Below the pieces are notes generated by a model. That model made no database searches and was not told the origin of the DNA. It saw nothing but the letters and a program-made list of their open reading frames with translations. This document shows, one piece after another, positions 19,284 through 27,520 of a DNA stretch of 64,000 bases; positions within the stretch are counted from its first letter, which is position 1, and each line of letters opens with the position of its first letter. The stretch lies in contig CAXWPL010000005.1 in assembly GCA_963666215.2 (NCBI GenBank), positions 1 to 64,000 on the forward strand, given 5' to 3'. This stretch comes from Acidobacteriota bacterium. Lineage in GTDB: Bacteria > Acidobacteriota > UBA890 > WLXD01. A program made the translations under genes and the position numbers.

Positions 19284-20963
19284 ATGCGCCGAGCAGGTAT
19301 CTTGGTTCTAGCTGTCGCCCTTTTCGCCGGGACTGCAGCAACCGCTGCCGCGCAGGGGAACGCGGATCCCTCGTTCGCTGGCACCACCGGACTTTTCTAC
19401 GTCCCACGAGCGAGCACCCTCCCCAAGGGCGGCTTCTCGCTTGGCGCCTACTACGACCAGGTGGCGCGCGAAGAGGGCGACTCACGCATCAAGACATTTG
19501 GGGTGATGGGCGCGTTCGGGCTCGCCGACCGGCTCGAGGCTTTCTTCTCGTTCGCCCCCAACATCAGCATCGAGCGGCGCTTCACGACTGAACAGGCGCT
19601 GTTCGGGATGCACCCGAGTCTCACCGGTACCGGGCTCAACGAACACCCGTTCGCCGACCTCCGAGACCAGGACGGTGTGGGCGATCTGACTGTTGGCTTC
19701 AAGTACAAGATCGCCGGCTTGAGCGACGAGTACGGCGGAATGGCGCTGGCGGCGTTCGTCAAGCTGCCCACTGCCGACGACACCGGAGGTGTCGGCACAG
19801 GCAAGTTCGACGTCGGGGGACGTCTCATCGGTAGCCTGTTGGCCGGTGACACTGTCGGCCTCAACGCCTTCGTGGGCTACCTCTGGAAAGGTGACCCGGA
19901 CCCGGCCAGCCGCATCGTTACCCTCAACGGGTCCCTGGCGGGGCCGTTGCCGTTCTACGTCAGCAACGAGTTTCACTATGGCCTCGGCGCGCACTTCCCT
20001 GTGAGCTCGCCGATACAGGTCGTGCTCGAGGCCAACGGCATCGCTACGAGCGAAGACCTCGAGGGGTCGCACGTTGGTGGCGATGACCGGTTCACCGTCT
20101 CGGGCGGGCTGCGCATGTCGCTGGCAAGCGGGCTCTCTTTGGGCGCCGCCGTCAACTACAACACCAGCATCGATGTCCGCGACCCGGACTGGCAGGAAGA
20201 CGCCGGCATCGACGGCCTGCTGCGGCGCGCCGGTTTCGCGGTGCTGGGCGCCTACACGAGCGGCCTCGGCGGCTCGCCTGCACCAACCGCGGGAACTTCT
20301 CCGATGGCGGTGCCGCCGGTCAACGGCGGCCCAACGCTAACCTGCCGCGCCGAGCGCACAACGGTTCGCCAGGGCGAGAGCGTCCGTCTGTTTGCCACCA
20401 CCACCGATCCTGATGGCGATCCGGTTACTGTTGCCTGGGCCACTTCGGCCGGCAGCATCACGCCTACGACTGGCAACGAGGTGACCTGGAGCAGCGCCGG
20501 CGTCGACCCGGGTAGCGGTCCGATCACGGCCCGCGCCTCCGACGGCTACGGCGGCACTGCCGACTGCGAGCTCCTAGTCACGGTCGCGGAACCGCCGGCT
20601 CCGGCTATGCCGACCGTGCTCACCTTCGCCTGCAGCGAGTTCAACACCGGTAGCGCCCGAATCGACAACCGTTGCAAGGCGGTTCTCGACGACGTGGCGC
20701 TGCAGCTGCGACAGAACTCGGGAGCCACCGCGGCGATCACCGGGCACAGCGATGCAGCGGGCTCCGCGGTACGCAACCAGGAGATGTCGGAGCAGCGCGC
20801 GGAGAACGCGCGGATGTACCTGGTGCAGACGCATGGTATCGACGGCTCGCGGATCACCACCAACGGCGCCGGCGGCACGCAACCGGCTTCCAGCAACGAC
20901 ACCTCGGCCGGCCGGTCCGCCAACCGGCGAATCGAAGTCGTCGTCACGATTCCGGCTCGCTAG
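19284..20963 (+). CDS. outer-membrane protein: predicted beta-barrel + Ig-like domain + OmpA C-terminal domain
   Basis: SD AAGGAG, signal peptide, amphipathic strands, DPDGDPVT Ig/PKD-like segment, ITGHSD...N..MSEQRA...NRRIEV. Confidence 0.88.
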   Translation: MRRAGILVLAVALFAGTAATAAAQGNADPSFAGTTGLFYVPRASTLPKGGFSLGAYYDQVAREEGDSRIKTFGVMGAFGLADRLEAFFSFAPNISIERRFTTEQALFGMHPSLTGTGLNEHPFADLRDQDGVGDLTVGFKYKIAGLSDEYGGMALAAFVKLPTADDTGGVGTGKFDVGGRLIGSLLAGDTVGLNAFVGYLWKGDPDPASRIVTLNGSLAGPLPFYVSNEFHYGLGAHFPVSSPIQVVLEANGIATSEDLEGSHVGGDDRFTVSGGLRMSLASGLSLGAAVNYNTSIDVRDPDWQEDAGIDGLLRRAGFAVLGAYTSGLGGSPAPTAGTSPMAVPPVNGGPTLTCRAERTTVRQGESVRLFATTTDPDGDPVTVAWATSAGSITPTTGNEVTWSSAGVDPGSGPITARASDGYGGTADCELLVTVAEPPAPAMPTVLTFACSEFNTGSARIDNRCKAVLDDVALQLRQNSGATAAITGHSDAAGSAVRNQEMSEQRAENARMYLVQTHGIDGSRITTNGAGGTQPASSNDTSAGRSANRRIEVVVTIPAR

Positions 20964-20964
20964 T

Positions 20965-21999
20965 TTTCGTAGGTTGTTCACATCGGGGCTCACTTCTGAG
21001 ATCAATGGGGTTGTTCAAAAGACTCCACGACCTCAGAAGGAGCGCCCGATGCAGCTGCATGGTAACGCCCGCACGATGCCGTATATACGCCGAGAGATGG
21101 TCCGCCGAGTCCGGGAGCGGGCGGAGCCCGTGACGGAAACGGCGGCGGCGCTCGGCGTGTCGGCTCGAACGGTTTACAAGTGGCTGGATAGATACGAGCG
21201 AGAAGGTGAGGCCGGGCTGCTCGATCGATCAAGCCGGCCGACGTGCTGTCCGCACGCAACAAGCGCTGGAGTTGTGAGGCAGATCGACAAGCTACGTCGG
21301 CGGCGACTGACGGCCTGGCAGATCAGCCGAAGGTTGGCTGTGCCGCGCTCGACCGTCTCGGCGTGGCTGAAGCGGCTCGGACTCGCCAAGCTTGATGCGC
21401 TCGAGCCCAAGCCCGAGATCGTTCGCTACGAGTACGAGCACCCCGGTGACCTACTGCACCTGGATACGAAGAAACTGGCCCGTATCCGGCGACCTGGACA
21501 CCGCATCCACGGCGACCGCTCCAAGCGGGCCTACGGCGTCGGCTGGGAGAACGCCCACGTCGCTATCGACGATCACTCTCGGGTGGCGTACGTCGAAGTG
21601 CTGCCCGCCGAAGACCAACACACCTGCACAGCGTTCCTGCAGCGAGCCGTCGAGCACTTCGCTTCGATGGGAGTAGCGGTGCGCCGAGTGATGACAGACA
21701 ACGGGCCTGGCTACGTCTCGAAGCGCTTCAATCGCCTATGCCATCAACTCGAGATCCGGCACATTTACACCCGGCCCTACACCCCCAGAACCAACGGCAA
21801 AGCCGAACGCTTCATCCGCACACTCAAGGAGCAGTGGGCCTACGGCACCTGCTACCAGACCTCAGCTCGACGTACTCGAGCTCTACGGCCCTGGCTCAAC
21901 CACTACAATCGTCACCGTCCCCACGCCGGCATCGGCATGACACCGCCGATCGCTCGGCTCTCAGGGGTGAGTTCGTGAACAACCTACCTAGAACTCACA
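20965..21999 (+). mobile_element. IS481-family insertion sequence (copy 2, left IR eroded)
   Basis: Almost identical to copy 1; perfect 6-bp DR GCTAGT at 20959-20964 and 22000-22005; left end 8 bp shorter. Confidence 0.95.
21049..21978 (+). CDS. IS481-family transposase
   Basis: Same protein as 1627-2556 except T9M. Confidence 0.95.
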   Translation: MQLHGNARTMPYIRREMVRRVRERAEPVTETAAALGVSARTVYKWLDRYEREGEAGLLDRSSRPTCCPHATSAGVVRQIDKLRRRRLTAWQISRRLAVPRSTVSAWLKRLGLAKLDALEPKPEIVRYEYEHPGDLLHLDTKKLARIRRPGHRIHGDRSKRAYGVGWENAHVAIDDHSRVAYVEVLPAEDQHTCTAFLQRAVEHFASMGVAVRRVMTDNGPGYVSKRFNRLCHQLEIRHIYTRPYTPRTNGKAERFIRTLKEQWAYGTCYQTSARRTRALRPWLNHYNRHRPHAGIGMTPPIARLSGVSS

Positions 22000-22032
22000 G
22001 CTAGTCGGCCCGATTCGCACGGAACTGGAAAG

Positions 22033-24129
22033 ATGAGCTCGCCAGCGCGGGCGGCGCTCCTTGCGAGCGCCGCCCTGCTTGCGACCAGCGCTAGCGTTGG
22101 AGCGAGCTCCATCGGCGCCCATCTCGCGGCCGGCGCATCGGCTTCTGTCGGCCGGAACGAGCCAACGAGATCGGCATCGGCCCTTCCGGCAGCTGTCACC
22201 CAGTCCAGTCCCAGCGCGGTACTGGCGCGCCTGGCGACGCTAGCAGGCGGTGGTATTGGCCCACCCGGGGGCGAGGTTCGCTCGTTGGTGGTGGCGCCGA
22301 CGCGCCCAGAGCGAATCTACCTGGGCACCGCCACGGGCCACCTCTACGTGTCGAACGACGGCGCCGGCAGCTGGAGCTTGCTGCCCATCGAGCTCGGGCA
22401 CGACGCCGTGGTCGACAACCTCCTCGTGCATCCGGGCAACGAACAGATCGTCTTCGCCGCCTACTGGCTGTCGACGGGTAGCGGCGGCCTGGTGCGCACC
22501 CGCGATGGCGGCGCCACATGGGAGCGCCTTCCAGTGGCCGGCCAGCCTTCGCTACGCGCCATCGCAATGGCACCCACGGCCCCCGACACGCTTTACATCG
22601 GCGGTGTCAACGGGGTGTGGCGTAGCAACGACGGCGGCAACAGCTGGACGCCGGTCGCCGGTCACGGCCTCGCCGCCGACTTCGTGGAATCCCTCGCAAT
22701 CGATCCGCGCGACGCGGAGCACGTATACGCCGGCACCTGGCGTCAGGTCTACCGCAGCCGCGATGGCGGGGCCAACTGGAACCGTGTGTACGCCGGCATG
22801 GCGATCGACCGCGACGTGTTTTCGCTGGCCATCAGTCCACACGATCCCGAGACCGTGTTCGCCGGCACCTGCAACTTCCTCTACTGCTCAACCGACGCGG
22901 GCGGCAAGTGGGGAGAACGACGTGAGGGGCTGATTGCCGACCACAACCGCGTGCACGCTATCGTTCACCATCCCATCGACCCACAGACCTTGTACGCCGG
23001 CACCCGTGGTGCCCTCTATCGATCAGACGACGGCGGCAATTCGTGGTCGCTCGTGGTCGGCGGTGTAGCCGTAACAGCCCTGAGCCTGACACCCACCGGT
23101 GACCGAATCTACATCGGCACCGAAGAGCGCGGCGTGCTCGTGGGTGGGCCCGACGGCGATTTCGAGGAGCGCAACCAAGGCATCGGCAGTTCGAGAGTCA
23201 TTGCTTTCGACGCCCTGCCTGGCGCCCCGCGTGTGCTCTTCGCCGTGCGCGAGGACGGTCCGGTGGTGCGTTCGCTGCACCTGTCGACAGACGTGGGACA
23301 AACCTGGCGCCGACTCGGGGTTGCACCCGGCACGGGCGCACAGCTCACCGTTCGAGCGCAGGCACGACCCGTGAACCACGTGATGGTTGCTGGCGCAGAT
23401 GGATGGTGGAGCGTCGATCCGGGCGGCAGCTGGTCGGCAGTGGCACCGCCGCCGGGCGCACTCGCCGCCCTCGAGATTGCCCACGAGGCCGACGGAGCGG
23501 TGGTTGCCGTTGGCACCTCCGGACTCCATGTGGCGGATCCTCGCGCGCTAACGGGCGGCGCCACCGACTCGCTTCCATTTAACGCCGCCGCGGCTCCGAT
23601 ATGGAAGCAAGCATGGAGCTCGCCGCTGACCGCGCTTGCGATCGCCGGCGACAACATGCTGGCCGTGGGGTCGGGCCGCGCGGTGCGCGCCTCGATCGCC
23701 AACCTCGTGGCCGGCGAGGATCCCATGGTGGCGGCTACAAAGGGGCTGCCCGACGATATTCGTGACCTTGCGCTGCACCCCACCGACGCCTCCATCGTCT
23801 ACGCGATCGGTCCTCACGAAGTCTTCCGAAGCAGCGATTTCGGCGCCAGCTGGGAACAGCTTCCGCTTCCGTGGCCGGGCGCCGACCTGCGCGACATTGT
23901 GGTCGATCCTGCGAGACCCGACCAAGTGCTCGCTCTTGATCACCGCGGCTCGCTTTACCGCGGCCACGGAGAAGGGCAGTACTGGCTCGTCCTCGACGAC
24001 GACGAGGGACTGCACCGCGCCTGGTCGCTGCTGGCGTCGCCACAAGCTCCCGGCTATGCGATCGTGGCGACGCAGGGCCATGGGCTTCGTGTGGTCGCGC
24101 TCGACCCCAGTTCCGCCGCACCGCGCTAG
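22033..24129 (+). CDS. exported BNR/Asp-box beta-propeller protein (VPS10/Ycf48-like)
   Basis: Repeated S.DGG..W motifs (SNDGAGSW, TRDGGATW, SNDGGNSW, SRDGGANW, SDDGGNSW, SSDFGASW). Confidence 0.88.
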   Translation: MSSPARAALLASAALLATSASVGASSIGAHLAAGASASVGRNEPTRSASALPAAVTQSSPSAVLARLATLAGGGIGPPGGEVRSLVVAPTRPERIYLGTATGHLYVSNDGAGSWSLLPIELGHDAVVDNLLVHPGNEQIVFAAYWLSTGSGGLVRTRDGGATWERLPVAGQPSLRAIAMAPTAPDTLYIGGVNGVWRSNDGGNSWTPVAGHGLAADFVESLAIDPRDAEHVYAGTWRQVYRSRDGGANWNRVYAGMAIDRDVFSLAISPHDPETVFAGTCNFLYCSTDAGGKWGERREGLIADHNRVHAIVHHPIDPQTLYAGTRGALYRSDDGGNSWSLVVGGVAVTALSLTPTGDRIYIGTEERGVLVGGPDGDFEERNQGIGSSRVIAFDALPGAPRVLFAVREDGPVVRSLHLSTDVGQTWRRLGVAPGTGAQLTVRAQARPVNHVMVAGADGWWSVDPGGSWSAVAPPPGALAALEIAHEADGAVVAVGTSGLHVADPRALTGGATDSLPFNAAAAPIWKQAWSSPLTALAIAGDNMLAVGSGRAVRASIANLVAGEDPMVAATKGLPDDIRDLALHPTDASIVYAIGPHEVFRSSDFGASWEQLPLPWPGADLRDIVVDPARPDQVLALDHRGSLYRGHGEGQYWLVLDDDEGLHRAWSLLASPQAPGYAIVATQGHGLRVVALDPSSAAPR

Positions 24130-24306
24130 ATTCCACCGAGACGCCGTCCACCTCAATGCCCACACAGCGCAGCCTCAGCCCAGCCTGCCCCGATCCCGCC
24201 CGATTTGAGGGACGACGCCGGGGCAACCACCCCGGGGCGAACCGAGGCAGTACAATGGCTAAGCTTGTGCTTTCATGCCTACGCTGAACCTATTGGAGAC
24301 TCGAGT

Positions 24307-24669
24307 ATGCGCCGTCGAACGTCCGTCACAGTTGCCGTGGCCATCCTGGCCATTCTCGTCCTCGCCAGCACCGCGATCGCGCAGGAGGTGGTCAGAGTGA
24401 CGAACCCGAACTTCGCGTGGGCCGGCAAGCAGGATCAGACCGCCAACTACACCTGGTCGAGCACCGTCAACAACCCGAGCAGCCACGAGGTGCGCGCCGA
24501 AGTTACAGTGCAACTGCTCGATAGCTCGGGCGGTGTTCTCGCCAGCGACTCGCAAATGGTCAGTGTGATGAGCGGCGGTACCGCACCCGTGAACGGGCGT
24601 AGCTCGCTCGCCTATGACGCCGCGAGCCGAGCCACGCAATACCGCGTGGTGATCGCCGCAGCCGAATAG
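24307..24669 (+). CDS. small exported protein, FxLYD-like Ig fold
   Basis: SD GGAG, signal peptide, VNNPS...VTVQLLDSSG.VL; TACAAT -10 box at 24251-24256. Confidence 0.7.
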   Translation: MRRRTSVTVAVAILAILVLASTAIAQEVVRVTNPNFAWAGKQDQTANYTWSSTVNNPSSHEVRAEVTVQLLDSSGGVLASDSQMVSVMSGGTAPVNGRSSLAYDAASRATQYRVVIAAAE

Positions 24670-24678
24670 CGCGGAGCG

Positions 24679-25257
24679 GTGGCCAGCCGCACGAGCATCC
24701 TGTGGGTCGCAGGCCTCGTCCTAGCAGCCGACCAGGCGACCAAGGCCCTCTGTCAAGCGTACCTGCAGCTGTACACGCGGGTCACGATCATCGACGGATT
24801 TCTCGATCTGACCCACGTCCACAACCGCGGCATGGCCTTCGGGATCTTCGGTGACGTGCAGGGCTCCTGGCTGCGCTGGGCGCTGGCAGCGGTAGCCGTG
24901 CTGGCGGTAACGGTCATCTGGTCGTACGCCCGCCAGGCAGCGCGACCGGGCGTGCTGCTGGCGTTTGGAGCGATTCTCGGCGGCGCTTTGGGCAATCTGG
25001 TCGACCGACTGCAGCAGGGCTACGTCACCGACTTCATCTTGGCGCATTGGGGCGCTTACCAATGGCCGGCTTTTAATGTGGCCGACTCGGCGATCACACT
25101 CGGTGGTCTCTCCCTGTTCGTGGCGCTGTCGCGTGACCAGCGCCACGAACAGGGGGAGACGCAAGTTACGAACGTCGGCGCTTCCGGCTCCGACCTCGAG
25201 CCTGGTAGGGCAATCGAGGCGCGATCGCCGGTTCCTCCAGTAGCGAATCGCGAGTAA
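24679..25257 (+). CDS. lspA: lipoprotein signal peptidase II
   Basis: DQATK, NRGMAFG, GGALGNLVDR, VTDF, FNVADSAI. Confidence 0.96.
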   Translation: MASRTSILWVAGLVLAADQATKALCQAYLQLYTRVTIIDGFLDLTHVHNRGMAFGIFGDVQGSWLRWALAAVAVLAVTVIWSYARQAARPGVLLAFGAILGGALGNLVDRLQQGYVTDFILAHWGAYQWPAFNVADSAITLGGLSLFVALSRDQRHEQGETQVTNVGASGSDLEPGRAIEARSPVPPVANRE

Positions 25258-25341
25258 CCACGCCAATCACCTGACGACTGCAATCTGCAACGAGCCCCGG
25301 CGAGTTGCTCCGCTCATGTCGATGGTCCAACCTCTGTAGCC

Positions 25342-26247
25342 ATGTTTCCGATTCTGTTTCGCTTACCCTTGCCGGGCATCGGGCCGGTCACCATCCACAC
25401 CTACGGCGTTCTGCTCGTTGTCGCCTTCCTGCTGGCGATCGCGGTAGCGCGGCGACTGGCACGGCGCGAGGGCATCTCGCCCGACCATGTGGTGGATCTC
25501 GGTGTCTACGTCATTCTCGGCGGCCTGGTTGGCGCCAAGCTCCTGCTGTTGATGGTCGACTGGAGCTTCTATACGCGGCAATACACCAACCTCGCCGACC
25601 AGGGCGGTGGCACGGTTGGCGCGGCGCTTTCGCCGTATCTCGGCGGGCTCGGCGTCGGCATCGGTACGTTGGCGCGCATGGGTCTGAGCCTCCTACAAGC
25701 CGGCGGCGTTTTCTACGGCGGCATGATCGCCGGCACGATGGTCGGGATCTGGTATCTGAGGCGCTACGGCCTTCCCATCTGGAAAATTGCCGACATCGCC
25801 GCCCCCGCTGCCGCCCTCGCTCACGCCGTGGGTCGTCTCGGGTGCGTGGCCGCCGGCTGCTGCTACGGCATCCCCACCGATCTTCCGTGGGGGATCACCT
25901 TCACCAACAGCTATTCCGGAACACTGGTCGGCGTGCCGCTGAATATTCCGCTCCACCCCACGCAGCTGTATTCAACGCTCGGCAACCTGCTGCTGTTCGC
26001 CGGCCTCTACTGGTTCCATCGTCGCCGCAAGTTCGACGGGCAGGTTTTCTGGCTCTACGCTCTGAGCTATGGCGCCTTCCGCTTCGTTCTGGAATTCTGG
26101 CGAGGCGACCCGCGCGGCAGCATCTTTGGCGACATGCTCTCCACATCGCAATTCGTGGCTTTGATCATGATCACGGTCGCGTTGGGGATGTTGGCGCGCC
26201 TGAGGGTGGCGACGCCGCCAGCCGAGCCCGTCGCTTCGGGCGCCTAG
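25342..26247 (+). CDS. lgt: prolipoprotein diacylglyceryl transferase
   Basis: HTYG, GGVFYGG, GRLGC.AAGCCYG, HPTQLY, RFVLEFWRGD. Confidence 0.95.
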   Translation: MFPILFRLPLPGIGPVTIHTYGVLLVVAFLLAIAVARRLARREGISPDHVVDLGVYVILGGLVGAKLLLLMVDWSFYTRQYTNLADQGGGTVGAALSPYLGGLGVGIGTLARMGLSLLQAGGVFYGGMIAGTMVGIWYLRRYGLPIWKIADIAAPAAALAHAVGRLGCVAAGCCYGIPTDLPWGITFTNSYSGTLVGVPLNIPLHPTQLYSTLGNLLLFAGLYWFHRRRKFDGQVFWLYALSYGAFRFVLEFWRGDPRGSIFGDMLSTSQFVALIMITVALGMLARLRVATPPAEPVASGA

Positions 26248-26289
26248 GGGCCAACCACTGCCGCCCGACACGCTCGGCGACGACCGCGA

Positions 26290-27297
26290 GTGAGTGATGA
26301 AGCTCGAGCCGAGGGTGATACCAACTGGCGCGAGCACCGCGTGCCCGCGGGCAGCGACAATGCTCGTCTCGATATTGCCCTTGCGCCGCTGCTGCCAGGG
26401 CACTCGCGGGCCTCGATTCAACGGCTGATTCGGCAGGGCTCCGTTGAAGTGGACGGCGAGCCAGCGTCGCGGCCGAGCACTCGAGTCGCCGTCGACCAAC
26501 ACCTGCGCGTCGAGCTCAAGACTCGTTCGCCCGACGCCGGACTGACCGGCGAGCCGATCCCGCTCCAGGTGCTCTACGAGGACAACGCGATCGCCGTTAT
26601 CGACAAGCCGGCGGGCATGGTCGTGCACCCGGGCGCTGGGCACGCCACCGGCACCCTGGTACACGCCATTCTGCACCGCTTCGCCGGCCAGCTGTCGGCC
26701 GTTACCGAGCCCGCCCGCCCCGGAATCGTGCACCGTCTCGACAAGGGCACTTCCGGTGTGATCGTGGTTGCCCTGACCGACGAAGCTCACCACAAGCTCG
26801 CCGGCCAGTTCGCTGCGCGCACGGTCGAAAAAACCTACCTCGCGATCGTACACGGGCATCCAGGTGGCGCGCGCGCCAGCAGTGGCACGATCGACGTTGC
26901 GCTCGGCCGCGACCGCAACGACAGGACCAAGATCTCGTCGCGTGCCAATCGTCTCCGCGAGGCCGTCACCCGCTGGCGCCGTGTCGAGGACTTTCGCTCG
27001 ATGTCGCTGCTCGAGCTGTCGCCAAAGACCGGCCGTACGCACCAGATTCGCGCGCACTTGGCACACATCCAGCACGCCTGCGTCTGCGACCCGTTGTACG
27101 CCGGCAAGCAGTGGAAGGGAATCGAAGACACTCGCGTGCGCCAGGCCGTAGCCACGCTCGGGCGTCCGGCATTGCACGCGCTGCGTCTGCGCATAGCGCA
27201 CCCGACCACCGGTGAGCCGCTGGAGTTCGAGGCCGAGTTGGCAGCCGACCTCAGATCGCTGCTGGACCTGCTGCGAGGCGCGTCCGACGTCACTTGA
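26290..27297 (+). CDS. rluD: RluA/RluD-family pseudouridine synthase with S4 domain
   Basis: RLD..SR..IQRLI S4 domain, DKPAGMVVHP, RPGIVHRLDKGTSG, TGRTHQIR, LHA. Confidence 0.93.
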   Translation: MSDEARAEGDTNWREHRVPAGSDNARLDIALAPLLPGHSRASIQRLIRQGSVEVDGEPASRPSTRVAVDQHLRVELKTRSPDAGLTGEPIPLQVLYEDNAIAVIDKPAGMVVHPGAGHATGTLVHAILHRFAGQLSAVTEPARPGIVHRLDKGTSGVIVVALTDEAHHKLAGQFAARTVEKTYLAIVHGHPGGARASSGTIDVALGRDRNDRTKISSRANRLREAVTRWRRVEDFRSMSLLELSPKTGRTHQIRAHLAHIQHACVCDPLYAGKQWKGIEDTRVRQAVATLGRPALHALRLRIAHPTTGEPLEFEAELAADLRSLLDLLRGASDVT

Positions 27298-27520
27298 TGG
27301 CGTGGCGCCGCCTACGGTGCGGTACTCCGAACGGCAACTTGGCCCGTGGTAGTATCCGGCGCACCCACGGCGCTGACGGCGCCGTAGCAGCCCCAATCCC
27401 GCCGCCCGTACCTCTCGAAATGCCGCTTCGGCATGGAGACAGGCTCGCGGCGAGAGCCCACCCCCCTTTACGGTCGCGACGCTGTTTTGTCGCCGCGCCG
27501 TAGCTGTAGCCGAGGAGGCC

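Noticed and set aside
20752-21048. N-terminally extended 408-aa IS481 transposase
   Set aside because: The extension runs through the OmpA gene and IS left end; the SD and copy 1 support ATG 21049.
1535-21999. Composite transposon of two IS481 copies carrying the menaquinone cluster
   Set aside because: Copy 2 has its own perfect GCTAGT duplication and the outer flanks (GCTAGC, GCTAGT) differ, so the insertions are independent; the cargo looks like core genome.
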